Source: an uncultured Chloroflexia bacterium (GTDB lineage: Bacteria > Chloroflexota > Chloroflexia > QHBQ01 > JADMIH01). Taken from it: 64,000 nucleotides of DNA. The translations under genes were made by a program, and so were the position numbers. The stretch lies in assembly GCA_963797095.1 (NCBI GenBank), contig CAWCNY010000002.1, positions 512,001 through 576,000 on the forward strand. The letters run 5' to 3'. This document shows positions 1-11,000 of this stretch, piece after piece. Each line of letters begins with the position of its first letter. The stretch's first letter is position 1. Under the pieces are notes generated by a model. The model was not told the origin of the DNA and did no database searches. It was given only the letters and a program-made list of their open reading frames with translations.

Positions 1-129
1 TGGGTAGCGTACTCCTCGTGGGTCTCGCAGATCTTCTATTGTGTGCAGTTTCTCTACAAGAGCTTGCAGACTGAAGGCGAATGGCTCGTTGGGCAGTTGC
101 ACGTCCAGGGGGAGCATGGTACATTTCAT
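1..129 (-). CDS. ISAs1-family transposase, N-terminal part (partial)
   Basis: Manual translation MKCTMLPLDVQLPNEPFAFSLQALVEKLHTIEDLRDPRGVRYP carries the D.R..RG.RY motif of the ISAs1-associated N-terminal domain; GAGAGG RBS upstream; not in ORF track because truncated. Confidence 0.75.
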   Translation of the reverse strand, partial: MKCTMLPLDVQLPNEPFAFSLQALVEKLHTIEDLRDPRGVRYP

Positions 130-236
130 CTCACATAGCACCTCTCTTGGGTTGATGGTTGTTGCAACTCGCATCTTATCCCAAGTGGGTGCTATTTGCT
201 TCTCTATCCTCTATTTCCGACTTTGCATCAGCCCTG
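1..236 (-). mobile_element. ISAs1-family insertion sequence, left end (continues beyond window start)
   Basis: Minus-strand terminus CAGGGCTGATGCAAAG (236-221) resembles ISAs1 IRs (CAGGG...), upstream of a transposase N-terminus. Confidence 0.75.
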
Positions 237-268
237 GTCAGATCCCAACTCCATGCTGGGATCTGACC
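236..268. terminator. 12-bp perfect hairpin, possible terminator
   Basis: GGTCAGATCCCA-N9-TGGGATCTGACC, downstream of the minus-strand ORF at 385-585. Confidence 0.45.
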
Positions 269-384
269 AAGGCGGTAATATAATCTGAGATTGTAGAGGA
301 GCCTGCTACATATCATAAACACGCACAATACTGCAGTCGTGAACTGCACGGGTGCCCGTGTGGTTACTCGTATGACATCGTAAC

Positions 385-585
385 TTAGACACGATTCTCC
401 TGCAGGCTGCGTTGGCGATACGCTCTAGTGCCACAACGGCCGGAGCATTGCTTCTTATCGCTGGGTCCTGTAAATGCAGCATCGCACATGTCACAATATC
501 TGGCGACCTGTCTGCGGTTGGTCTTCGCCCGATAACCTACGACTTCTTTAGTGAGGGTAAAGGTAAATGGTGCTGATTGCGCCAC
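385..585 (-). CDS. Small zinc-finger protein (CGNR-like C-x2-C...CS-x2-C)
   Basis: CDMC...QCSGRCGTRAYRQR; GGAG 5 nt before the GTG start; divergent from the XRE gene. Confidence 0.55.
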   Translation of the reverse strand: MAQSAPFTFTLTKEVVGYRAKTNRRQVARYCDMCDAAFTGPSDKKQCSGRCGTRAYRQRSLQENRV

Positions 586-642
586 ATCAGCTCCGACGGA
601 TATGAGACAATTTAGCGCTCAGACAAGAGCTAAGTAAGCTCA

Positions 643-671
643 TTGACATGAAAAATATTTCATGGTATATT
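643..671 (+). promoter_or_regulatory. Sigma70 promoter with overlapping palindromic operator
   Basis: TTGACA(643)-17 bp-TATATT(666) with extended TG; CATGAAA-N4-TTTCATG at 647-664. Confidence 0.7.
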
Positions 672-692
672 GGTCGTGAGGAGGAAGAAAAC

Positions 693-935
693 ATGGCTAC
701 TCTCAAAGGGTTGAGGACCGGCGCGAAACTGACACAGAAAGAGCTGGCGATGCGTGTAGGTGTCAGCGAACGCATCATCATCTTTTGGGAGATGGGTACT
801 GTGTTACCCTCCTTTGAGGCTCTCACGAAGTTATACGAGGTCTTAGGGCCCGAAGTGCATGGTGCTTTTGCAGCAAGTCGCCCGCACAAGAAACGCGGCA
901 GGAAACCTAAGGCAGAACAGGAGCAACCATCATGA
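693..935 (+). CDS. XRE/Cro-family HTH transcriptional regulator
   Basis: LKGLRTGAKLTQKELAMRVGVSERIIIFWEMG..P motif; GAGGAGG RBS before ATG 693. Confidence 0.85.
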   Translation: MATLKGLRTGAKLTQKELAMRVGVSERIIIFWEMGTVLPSFEALTKLYEVLGPEVHGAFAASRPHKKRGRKPKAEQEQPS

Positions 936-1090
936 AGCCAGCACCCATCTATGCGAGGGTAAGCACCAGCGCCCAGGCCATCAAAATCCTCACCCTCGCC
1001 CTCCAATGGCCCCTCCTCAATCCTCCCTCCCCCTCATTCCTCGATGTCCCTACCCACTCCACCTTCTATATCTATATAGAATCTATATAG
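932..1090 (+). pseudogene. Serine recombinase (resolvase/integrase) N-terminal remnant
   Basis: ATG overlaps XRE stop (ATGA); translates MKPAPIYARVSTSAQ, the catalytic YARVST..Q motif, then runs into unrelated sequence and stops at 1090. Confidence 0.6.
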
Positions 1091-1204
1091 AAACCGCCCT
1101 CTGGCATGGCATCATCCCAGGCTAGGGCGACTCCACCTTCCACCCCTCCGACCCCACCCTCCGAGGCCAGCTCTCCAAAATGCTCTACAACGCCCTCACC
1201 CAAC

Positions 1205-1327
1205 AGTGACGAGTAGCGAGTTCCGAGTTTTCGCCAGTCGGTCGTCGGTAGCGGTTCCGGTTGCTCGCTACTCGTCACTCGTCACTCGCCACTCGCCACT
1301 CGCCACTCGTCACTCGTCACTCATCAC
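1205..1327. repeat. Heptamer tandem array (CTCGTCA/CTCGCCA) with inverted partner
   Basis: About 9 heptamers at 1264-1327; AGTGACGAGTAGCGAG (1205-1220) is the reverse complement of 1264-1279. Confidence 0.85.
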
Positions 1328-1373
1328 TGCAAAAAGACATTTCTAATTTCTCACTTTCCACCCCCGGAATATA

Positions 1374-1403
1374 TTGACAAACCACTCTGCCCCCCACTAT
1401 AAT
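1374..1403 (+). promoter_or_regulatory. Consensus sigma70 promoter for the first surface-protein gene
   Basis: TTGACA(1374)-18 bp-TATAAT(1398). Confidence 0.7.
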
Positions 1404-1827
1404 GGGCAGGCTTACCGCTCCAATTCACATGCGCACCACTCACCCTACTCGGGTACCTTTCGATTTCGAGCCTTCGATTACCAGTGTTTCACCCCTACCA
1501 TTACCCAACCACCCTACCCCTACCCACTGGCCTCTCATCCTCCCCGTCCTTCCACCATCGCGCTCCCAAATCGGAATTCACAAGTGGTCGCTTCTTGTCA
1601 TGTCTAGAGTTGCTCTCAGACCAACATGAAAGGAGGCGTGCCGGAGCCAACTCCCCATTTCCGGATCGCAAATCAACACTCCACCTCTCACCTGTACGAA
1701 CACGAACCAGCAACTACCAACTACTACTCGCCCCACCACCCGCGATCCCTTCCCTCTGCGCTACTCCTCGCAGACCCAGTCTCAGACGTCAGGTCCCAGA
1801 CTTCAGAAATCAGGACAACCCACCCGT

Positions 1828-1887
1828 CCGACTACCGACTACCGACTACTAACCACTCGCTACTCGTCACTCGTCACTCGTCACTCC
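1828..1887. repeat. Heptamer tandem array (CGACTAC/TCGTCAC)
   Basis: Directly visible 7-bp periodicity. Confidence 0.8.
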
Positions 1888-1930
1888 CCAGTGGCCCTGA
1901 TTTCTCACACAAGAAAGGAACGAGAGAAAC

Positions 1931-4900
1931 ATGAACAGGCGTATATGGCTACTCATGGCCATGGCCTTCCTCGCCATAGCCATAATAGGTGCGGGTAGCG
2001 TGGCAAACGCCTCCTACCCAAGCGAGGCAGCAAACCAAACCAAAGGCGCAGATAACATCGATCTCCAACACGCCCAGGACAACGACGGCTTGAGCGCTCT
2101 GCCTGCAGGTCTCAAGGCCGTTTCCATGAACACACTTATTAGCATGGGCCTCGTCCACCCTCAGGACCTTCCTGACCTCCCAGCGCCCGTGCCCGATCAG
2201 CACAACTTCACTTCTAATCCTGATGTCACCATCACATGGGGAGCCGAGGCCAACACGTCTGGCGCAACCAGCGCCAACGAGCCATCTACAGTGGCCCACC
2301 CCTCCAACCCCAACTACGCCCTCGTCAGCGGTAACGTCCCCATTGATAATACCTCCAACGGCGGCACCTCCTGGCAGAGCCGCACACCGCCTAACCCCAA
2401 TGGTTACGGCGATGTCGTCGTCTCCTGGCTCCCTACTTCGCCAGGCCAGGCCTACGCCTACGATGCGGCCCTCAACCCCATGCACGGCGCGGGTATGACC
2501 TCCGGCCGCTCTACCGACTTCGGCGTCACATGGGCTAACTACCCCTCCAATATCGACGTCACATCCTATTTCGTCGACCGCGAGTATCTGTGGGCCAACC
2601 AGGATTCCACCAGCCCCAACTACGGTCGCGTCTTTGTATCCGGCACATTCTTCGATACAGCCGGTTCGGGCACCTTCAACGCTACCTGGAACAGGTACTC
2701 CGATGACCAGGGCCTAACCTGGTCCGCCCCTCAGACAGAAGACGCGGGCGCTCTCGGCGCTGTTCACGGTAACGCGCAGTTCAGTTCGATGGCCTTCGGC
2801 CCCGGCAACACCGTCTATCACGGCTGGATGGACGTGCGCTGCTGCGGCGACCCGCCCTCCTACGGCGACCACAACAAGTATTACTATGCCAAGTCCACCG
2901 ATGGCGGCGTATCGTTCCCCATCTCTGGGACCGCCGCTACCGATACGGCAGCTCGCTCGGTCAGCTTCAACAGCAACGGCCCTTCCGGCTTCCGCTGGAG
3001 CCCCCAGGCCACCATCGGTGCCGACCCCACCGATAACTATGTCTACATGATCTGGCTTGCTCGCCGTGTAGACAACAACAACGTCGGCGTGGCTGTCAAT
3101 ATCACCCGCTCGTCCGACGGCGGTGCCACATGGTCAGCCCCGTCCATCGTCTACAACGACCCCAACGCTAACGATACCCAGTATATGCCGTGGATAGCGG
3201 TCTCTCCGGACCACACAGTCCATGTGACATACACAAGCTCGGTCAACAATGGTAATAACCCTCTTGCACACTACTATGTGCAATCGACCGACCGGGGCGT
3301 AACCTGGAGCACGCCGTTCCAGTTGAGCGGCGCAACCTATAACGGTGCATCCTTCCACGGCGACTATCAGGCCGTCCACATAGGTAACCAGGCCAACTGC
3401 ACCAACACAACCATAATCGCGGCTTGGACCGACAATAGGTCCGGCGAGCATCACTACGCTCGCATGGGCACATTCGCCGGTTGCGGTGGCTCTCCTACCC
3501 CCACGGTGACAGGTACACCTCCAACCGCTACCAGGACCCCCACATCTACTGTGACCCCAACCGTCACGCCAACCGTGTGCGGATCCACCGCTAACTACAC
3601 CCTGACAACCTCCACAGGAGCCACCATAGTACCAGGTACCACCATGGTATCGGGGTCCAACTGCGATGACTGCGTCAATCCGGCAGCCATCCCATTCCCC
3701 TTCTCCTTCTACGGTAACTCCTACTCATCAGTGAACGTGGACTCCAATGGGACGCTGCAGTTCGTGTCGTCCACCTCCACCTTCACCAACGCATGCGAGC
3801 CGTACGCCTCGCACAACTACGTGATACACGCATACTGGGACGACCTGCTGCTGACGACGGCAGGAGACGGCATCTACACCTCGGTCTCGGGGAGTGCACC
3901 AAACCGCATCTTCAACGTAGAGTGGAGAGGGTGCTACTACTCAGGAGGAGTGTGTGGGACGAGGGTTAGCTTCGAGGCGAGGCTGTATGAAGGGACAGGA
4001 CAGATAGACGTCATCTACGCGACGGTAGGGAACGGGAACAGCTCGGCAACAGGAGGAGTGCAGAAGGACACAGGTTCGTTGTTCCTGCAAGCATTCTGCA
4101 ATGGGTCAGGGCAACCAGTGAGTGCAGGCTCCATGTTCACCTATACCCAGCCTACCTGTGCCACAGGCACACCGGCCACCGCCACCTCGACACCAACCAC
4201 AGGAGCAAGTACAGCCACACCTACATGCGTAGCGGGAGGAGGCACCCCAGGTCCATTCGCCACCGCTTCCCCCATCTCGATTGACCTGTACGGAGCTGCC
4301 ATCGACAACAACGGCACCTATGCCTACGCTGCCGGTGGGTACTCCTTCTCCGCTGCCAACACTGTCAACCAGTTCGCCCGCTTCGATCCTGCTACGGGCG
4401 CCTGGACCTCCCTCACACCCGTCCCCACAGGCCAGGAGGCTGCCGTGGCTCTGGGTGTGTACGCACCTAACGTCAACCGCTTCTATATGTTCGGTGGCGC
4501 TCAAGGTGCTTCCCTCACCACTATCCTCGACCTCAACAGGTACTACGACCTGGCCTCCAACACATGGGGTTCGGGGCTTGCGATGCCAGGAGTACGCTCG
4601 CAGTTGTCGGGAGGATACTACAACGGCAAGATCTACCTGGTAGGTGGGTATGACACCTCAGGAGTAACCCCACAGAACACAGTGTGGGAGTACGACCCTG
4701 TAGCCAACACCTACGCAACCAAGGCAACTATCCCGGAGGCATTGGGAGGTGCTGCATTCGGCATCATCAACGGCCACCTGATAATCGCGGGTGGGCGAGA
4801 CGCAGTCAATGTAGCACGCACCACAGTGTACGATTACAACATCGCTACAGACACGTGGACGACCAAAGCGAGTCTACCGACTGGAGTGAACGTACCGGCG

Positions 4901-7717
4901 AGCGCAGTATTCTCAGGCAAGCTGATGGCATCCGGTGGAGGCAACCCCTTCAACGGTTCTGCCGCCAGTTCCAACCCCTCCCTTCCTGCTATTAGCAAAT
5001 CAGTAGGCGTGGGGAGGCAGTCGCCCAACACGACAAACATAACGCAGATCTACGATGCAGCGACAGATACATGGAGCAGTGGCCCAACGCTGCTGTCGGT
5101 GCTGTCGTTCCCGACAGGGACGCAGGTAGGGAACAAGGTCATCGTGGTTGGAGGGTACAACGGTTCAAGCACCACCAACCAGGTTGAAGTATCGAGTGTA
5201 TCAGGGGGTTCGTGCGACACCTCCACCCCTACCCCCACATCGGGTGCGGCATCCCCGACACCAACGTGTGCGGCAGGAGGAGGACAACTGCTGCAGGATA
5301 CCTCGTTTGAAGCAGGCAGCCCCAACCCGTTCTGGGAAGAGGAGAGCCTCAACTTCGGCACACCACTGTGCGATGTAGCATCGTGCGGCAACGGAGGAGG
5401 CACCACAGGACCCAGGACTGGCGATTGGTGGGCCTGGTTCGGAGGCACAACATCTGTGGAGGAAGGGGCAGTCCAGCAGACTGTGACCATCCCATCAGGG
5501 AGTGCCACCCTACAGTTCTACCTGTGGATAGGATCACACTCAGGGAACGGCACAGCCGACTACATGAGAGTGCTGGTAGGTGGGACTGAAGTATTCAGAG
5601 CCACCGACGCCGACACAGGATACGACAGTGGATACACGTTAGTGAGCATCGACGTGAGTGCACAGTCGGGAGGAAGCAGAGTAGTAAGGATAGAGGAGCA
5701 CAACGATGCAGGAGCAGCGGTCTTCAATGCCTCTGTTGACGATGTTACCCTCGATGCCGGCGGTGGGTGTCCAACCCCTGGTACTCCTTCCCCCACCCCT
5801 ACGTGCATAGCAGGAGGAGCAAGCTGGGGTGCTGGGCCTGACTTCAATGACCCCCTTGGTAACATCAGAGGGCTTGGGGTCTACTTCCCCCCCACCGGTA
5901 AGTTCTATGTCATCGGTGGTCGAGACTCTGACAGCGCAGGCTCAGACTCCATCAACCCTCACATCTATGACCCTGTAGCCAACTCATGGTCCACCGCCTC
6001 CTCCACTGTTGTGCCTGACAACCAGGTCAACAACATGGGTGGTGGGGTGGTCACAGTGAGTGGCACACCCATGATAGTGGTGGTCGGTGGGAGTGCCGCC
6101 GGTGCTACCACAGGCACCAGTGCTGTCAGATACTACAACCCCTCAACCGACACATGGACCGACATAAGTTCCACAGATGCCTGGCCTGCCCCCACAGACA
6201 CCCTCCCAGGAGGGTATGCAGTGGTGAACAACAAGCTGTACATACTTGGAGGGTTCACCATCAACATCGGGATGACCCAGGAAGTGTGGGAGTTCGACCC
6301 CAACGGCACAGCAGGCTCACGATGGACCCTCAAAGGCTCAACGTTACTACCTCAGCCCCTTGGGTACATACCGACAGCAGCCATAGGAGGGATGATCTAC
6401 ACAGCAGGAGGGTCTGGGTGGGATGGCACCACCATCTTCGACACCGACTACTCGTACAAGTACGACCCCACAACCAACACCTTGACCACCATCACCTCAA
6501 TCCCAAGATTGACAGCGGAGACAAGAGCGCTGACGATGGGAGGGGAGATGTGGGTAATGGGAGGAGGGAGAGACGCGCCTAACCCATCGAATGAGGTAGA
6601 CGTGTACGACCCAGGCACAGACAGTTGGAGCGTGGGCACACCGTTCGTGACGGCCCGCCGTAACTTCGCGGTAGACACAGACGGGGGAGGCACGATCTGG
6701 TTGGTAGGAGGGTATGCACCGAGCACAGCGACGGCGAACATGGAGATCTACACGAGTGGAGGAGGGTGTGTCACCCCGACCGAGACCCCGACCACTCCAC
6801 CTTCAACCAACACCCCAACCGACACACCAGTAGCTCCCAGTGCAACCAACACACAAGTACCAGGAACAGCCACCGACACACCAGTGGTACCTCCAACCGA
6901 TACAGACACGCCGGTAGTGCCGCCCACAGACACCGATACACCAATCGTACCCCCAACCGATACGGCAGTAGTGCCACCGACTGACACAGCAGTAGTGCCA
7001 CCCACCTCCACCGACACACCAGGGGTACCAACAGCCACACCAACCTCGTGTCCAATGCAGTTCACAGATGTGCTGCCAGACAACACCTTCTACACCTACA
7101 TCAGGTGCCTGGCATGCAGAGGCATCATCAACGGCTATTCGACAGGGTGTGAGACTGGCAATCCATGCTTCCGCCCTGGTAACCTGGTCACAAGAGGTCA
7201 GCTATCCAAGATAGTGTCCAACTCGGCTGGCTTCAACGACGACCCAGGACTGCAGATGTTCCAGGATGTACCGGCAGGCTCAACGTTCTACGCGTTCATC
7301 AACAGGCTGGCAATCCGCAACATCGTGACAGGGTACCCATGTGGCTCCCCAGGAGAGCCGTGTGTAGGGCCGGATAACCTGCCGTACTTCAGACCGAACG
7401 CCAACATCACGAGAGGACAACTGTCGAAGATAGTGTCAGAGGCAGCAGGGTACAACACGACACCTGGAGCACAGCAGTTCGAGGACGTACTGCCAGGCTC
7501 GACGTTCTACGACTACATCTGGAGGCTGACAGACCTTGGCATCATGAACGGATACCCATGCGGCAGCCCGGGAGAGCCGTGTGTAGGCCCAGACAACCTG
7601 CCATACTTCAGGCCAGGCTCCAACGCGACGAGAGGACAAGCATCGAAGATAGTAGCGAACACCTTCTATCCCAACTGCTACACTCCTTCCAGGCCAGCAA
7701 GCCTGCTCAACCAGTAA
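1931..7717 (+). CDS. Giant secreted S-layer-homology protein: BNR/sialidase-like propeller, beta-sandwich-like modules, two Kelch propellers, Pro/Thr linkers, C-terminal SLH repeats
   Basis: Signal peptide; SxDGGxTW Asp-boxes; GG...YDP...W Kelch repeats; F.DV...FRP...TRGQ.SKIV SLH repeats; AAAGGA RBS. Confidence 0.9.
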   Translation: MNRRIWLLMAMAFLAIAIIGAGSVANASYPSEAANQTKGADNIDLQHAQDNDGLSALPAGLKAVSMNTLISMGLVHPQDLPDLPAPVPDQHNFTSNPDVTITWGAEANTSGATSANEPSTVAHPSNPNYALVSGNVPIDNTSNGGTSWQSRTPPNPNGYGDVVVSWLPTSPGQAYAYDAALNPMHGAGMTSGRSTDFGVTWANYPSNIDVTSYFVDREYLWANQDSTSPNYGRVFVSGTFFDTAGSGTFNATWNRYSDDQGLTWSAPQTEDAGALGAVHGNAQFSSMAFGPGNTVYHGWMDVRCCGDPPSYGDHNKYYYAKSTDGGVSFPISGTAATDTAARSVSFNSNGPSGFRWSPQATIGADPTDNYVYMIWLARRVDNNNVGVAVNITRSSDGGATWSAPSIVYNDPNANDTQYMPWIAVSPDHTVHVTYTSSVNNGNNPLAHYYVQSTDRGVTWSTPFQLSGATYNGASFHGDYQAVHIGNQANCTNTTIIAAWTDNRSGEHHYARMGTFAGCGGSPTPTVTGTPPTATRTPTSTVTPTVTPTVCGSTANYTLTTSTGATIVPGTTMVSGSNCDDCVNPAAIPFPFSFYGNSYSSVNVDSNGTLQFVSSTSTFTNACEPYASHNYVIHAYWDDLLLTTAGDGIYTSVSGSAPNRIFNVEWRGCYYSGGVCGTRVSFEARLYEGTGQIDVIYATVGNGNSSATGGVQKDTGSLFLQAFCNGSGQPVSAGSMFTYTQPTCATGTPATATSTPTTGASTATPTCVAGGGTPGPFATASPISIDLYGAAIDNNGTYAYAAGGYSFSAANTVNQFARFDPATGAWTSLTPVPTGQEAAVALGVYAPNVNRFYMFGGAQGASLTTILDLNRYYDLASNTWGSGLAMPGVRSQLSGGYYNGKIYLVGGYDTSGVTPQNTVWEYDPVANTYATKATIPEALGGAAFGIINGHLIIAGGRDAVNVARTTVYDYNIATDTWTTKASLPTGVNVPASAVFSGKLMASGGGNPFNGSAASSNPSLPAISKSVGVGRQSPNTTNITQIYDAATDTWSSGPTLLSVLSFPTGTQVGNKVIVVGGYNGSSTTNQVEVSSVSGGSCDTSTPTPTSGAASPTPTCAAGGGQLLQDTSFEAGSPNPFWEEESLNFGTPLCDVASCGNGGGTTGPRTGDWWAWFGGTTSVEEGAVQQTVTIPSGSATLQFYLWIGSHSGNGTADYMRVLVGGTEVFRATDADTGYDSGYTLVSIDVSAQSGGSRVVRIEEHNDAGAAVFNASVDDVTLDAGGGCPTPGTPSPTPTCIAGGASWGAGPDFNDPLGNIRGLGVYFPPTGKFYVIGGRDSDSAGSDSINPHIYDPVANSWSTASSTVVPDNQVNNMGGGVVTVSGTPMIVVVGGSAAGATTGTSAVRYYNPSTDTWTDISSTDAWPAPTDTLPGGYAVVNNKLYILGGFTINIGMTQEVWEFDPNGTAGSRWTLKGSTLLPQPLGYIPTAAIGGMIYTAGGSGWDGTTIFDTDYSYKYDPTTNTLTTITSIPRLTAETRALTMGGEMWVMGGGRDAPNPSNEVDVYDPGTDSWSVGTPFVTARRNFAVDTDGGGTIWLVGGYAPSTATANMEIYTSGGGCVTPTETPTTPPSTNTPTDTPVAPSATNTQVPGTATDTPVVPPTDTDTPVVPPTDTDTPIVPPTDTAVVPPTDTAVVPPTSTDTPGVPTATPTSCPMQFTDVLPDNTFYTYIRCLACRGIINGYSTGCETGNPCFRPGNLVTRGQLSKIVSNSAGFNDDPGLQMFQDVPAGSTFYAFINRLAIRNIVTGYPCGSPGEPCVGPDNLPYFRPNANITRGQLSKIVSEAAGYNTTPGAQQFEDVLPGSTFYDYIWRLTDLGIMNGYPCGSPGEPCVGPDNLPYFRPGSNATRGQASKIVANTFYPNCYTPSRPASLLNQ
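3617..4147 (+). repeat. 531-bp module near-identical to 9929-10459
   Basis: Side-by-side reading shows identity except one codon (GTG vs CTC). Confidence 0.9.
6953..7698 (+). repeat. 746-bp SLH-tail module apparently identical to 11624-12369
   Basis: No difference seen on reading; identical translated tails. Confidence 0.9.
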
Positions 7718-7780
7718 TAAAGGTAGTATAGAGGTAAGGAGGCGGAGTTGAACTCTCAACTCTTCCTCCTCCCTCCAACA

Positions 7781-7816
7781 CAAAAGACCCGGTCCCATTC
7801 GGAGCCGGGTCTTTTG
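7781..7816. terminator. Rho-independent terminator (bidirectional type)
   Basis: CAAAAGACCCGG...CCGGGTCTTTTG after the stop at 7717. Confidence 0.8.
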
Positions 7817-7874
7817 CTGTTCATAACACCTGATTTCCTCCAGTGAGGAAACTACAAAAGTATGTTTTTCCCCG

Positions 7875-7903
7875 TTGCTAAACACCTGGGTAGCAGGTAT
7901 AAT
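7875..7903 (+). promoter_or_regulatory. Sigma70 promoter for the second surface-protein gene
   Basis: TTGCTA-17 bp-TATAAT. Confidence 0.6.
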
Positions 7904-8026
7904 GCAAGCTATTGCGGTCAGCCGCGCTATGTGGCCGTACTCGCGCGATCACGTTTTTGCCACCGCGACAAGAAGATCGCCGGGTCATATTCGTGTCAGC
8001 ACGAGTAAGAGAAAGGAAGGAGAAGA

Positions 8027-11000
8027 ATGTACAGACGCAAACTATACGTCCTATCGTTTGCCATATTGCTAACAATCTTAGCAATATGTCTATTGGTGGG
8101 GGGAGGGCAGACAACCCAGGCCAGCCCTCCAATATCTGCCCCCGCCGCCGTTCCTCCTCAACAGGCTAACTCCAACGGCAACACCGGCGGCAAAACCAGC
8201 ATGGACAACTCGAGGGTGCTGCATGTGGAGAAGGTAACCACCGACTACCACCACGATATCTCCCCTCCCGTCCGCTCCCTCCCCATCGTCAAAGACGGCC
8301 AATATCCTGATACTCAGATTAGCGTCATACCTGAAGGTGGTCCCCTGGGCGGCATCACAGGCAAACCCAACGGCTTCACAGGCGACCCCGCTGCCCAGAC
8401 CCTGCTTGGACCTCTGGTGATCCCCACCCCACTTATCACCTTCGACGGCCTGACTGTGGCCCAGGGTTGTGGTGCCTGTTCACCCCCAGACCCCGACGGC
8501 GATGTTGGTCCCAATAACTACGTCCACATAGTCAACTCTTCCTTCGCCGTCTACGATAAGAGCGGCACCCTCATCGATGGCCCTCACCCCACCAACAGCC
8601 TGTGGGCCGGCTTCGGTGGTCCTTGCCAGACCCAGAACTCAGGCGACGGTATTGTGCTGCACGACCAGTTGGCTGACCGCTGGTTGATTACTCAATTCAC
8701 CTCCTCAGGACCAACCTACTACCAGTGTGCCGCCGTCTCCCAGACATCTGACCCCACAGGCTCCTACTACCGCTACGGCTTCAACATGGGCAACCAGTTC
8801 GGTGACTATCCCAAGTACGCCGTCTGGCCCACCGCCTACTACCTCAGCGAGCGTGACTTCACCAACGGTGCTACCCAGAACGGGCAGGGTGTGCACGCCC
8901 TTGAGCGAGCCCAGATGCTGGTAGGAGGCACTGCCCAGGATATCCTCATCAGAGTGCCTTTCACCACACCTTACCTCCCAGGAGATGGCCTGCTGGTTGC
9001 CGACATCGATGGCACTACCCTCCCACCAGGGGCTAATCCCGATGCCTACGTGCTGGGATTACAGGACAATGGTGGGGGGTATGGAGCGCCATCGGACGCC
9101 ATCAACATGTGGAAGTTCCATGTAGACTTCGCAGTGCCAGCCAACTCCACCCTCACAGGACCAACCGTAATCCCTGTGGACCCATTCAACTCGATATTCG
9201 ACCCATGTGGAGGAGGGAGGGCATGCATACCACAGCCAGGGACAGCGAACAAGATAGACATCTTGTCGTACAGGCAGCGGCTAACACAGCGACTGTCATA
9301 CCGCAACATGGGAGCATACGAGATGCTGCTAGGAGGCTCCTCGGTTGAAGGAGCACCCAACATAGCTGGCATGAGGTGGTACGAGATCCGCAACCTGAGC
9401 AGCACTCCCACAATCTACCAGCAAGGGACATATGTGCCAGGGACAGTAGACGGGATCCACAGGTGGATGGGCAGTCTGGCGATGGACGGGAGTGGGAACA
9501 TCGCATTGGGATACAGCGTATCAGATGGCAGTTCAACCTTCCCAGGGAGTGCATACACAGGGAGGCTGGCAGGAGACCCGTTAGGGCAGATGACGCAAGG
9601 GGAGGCGTACATCAAAGTAGGGACAGGGTCACAGACGGGGAGCCAGAGGTGGGGAGACTACACAGCGATGCACATCGACCCATCGGACGACTGCACATTC
9701 TGGTATGTGAACGAATACATCCCAACGACCAGTTCAGTAGGGTGGAGAGGCACGATTGGTGCCTTCAAGTTCCCCGGTTGCGGCGGCACTCCCACCCCCA
9801 CGGCAACGGGCACACCGCCTACTCCTACTAACACCCCCATCCCAACCAACACCCCCACTGCTACCAACACAGTTCCTCCTACTAATACTCCGATTTGCTC
9901 CAACAACTACACTCTATCAACCTCAGCGGGAGCCACCATAGTACCAGGTACCACCATGGTATCGGGGTCCAACTGCGATGACTGCGTCAATCCGGCAGCC
10001 ATCCCATTCCCCTTCTCCTTCTACGGTAACTCCTACTCATCAGTGAACCTCGACTCCAATGGGACGCTGCAGTTCGTGTCGTCCACCTCCACCTTCACCA
10101 ACGCATGCGAGCCGTACGCCTCGCACAACTACGTGATACACGCATACTGGGACGACCTGCTGCTGACGACGGCAGGAGACGGCATCTACACCTCGGTCTC
10201 GGGGAGTGCACCAAACCGCATCTTCAACGTAGAGTGGAGAGGGTGCTACTACTCAGGAGGAGTGTGTGGGACGAGGGTTAGCTTCGAGGCGAGGCTGTAT
10301 GAAGGGACAGGACAGATAGACGTCATCTACGCGACGGTAGGGAACGGGAACAGCTCGGCAACAGGAGGAGTGCAGAAGGACACAGGTTCGTTGTTCCTGC
10401 AAGCATTCTGCAATGGGTCAGGGCAACCAGTGAGTGCAGGCTCCATGTTCACCTATACCATCCCTCCGTGCCTTACCCCCACCCCCGCAGGCGCATCGCC
10501 TACGCCCACCTGTATAGCGGGAGGAGCAGGATGGGGGCCGGGCGCTACTCTTCCAGTACTTAATGTCAGGGCCTACGGAGCCTACTTCCCGCCCAATGGC
10601 AAATTCTACGCTATGGGTGGGCGTAGTTCCGATACCGCAGGTTTCGCTCAGCTCAACCCGCTTGAGTATTCCCCCACGACCGATACCTGGATCACAAAGA
10701 CCGCTGTCTTCTCCGACCAGCAAACATCAAACGTCCAGGGTGGCGTGGTCACAATGTCCGGCACGCCGGTCATATTAGTAGTTGGAGGCAGCGCCGGTGG
10801 CGGCTCGGGTGCTACCAATGAAACCAGGGTGTATGATCCTGCCGCCGATACCCTCACAACCCTCCTCACAGACCCGTGGCCTCCTGGTCTCACTACGGTG
10901 CCCGGAGGAGCGGCAGTAGTCAGCAATAAGCTGTACATTTTTGGTGGGTTTGTGGTGGGCATAGGTATGTCAGACGAGATCTGGGAGTTCGACCCCAATG

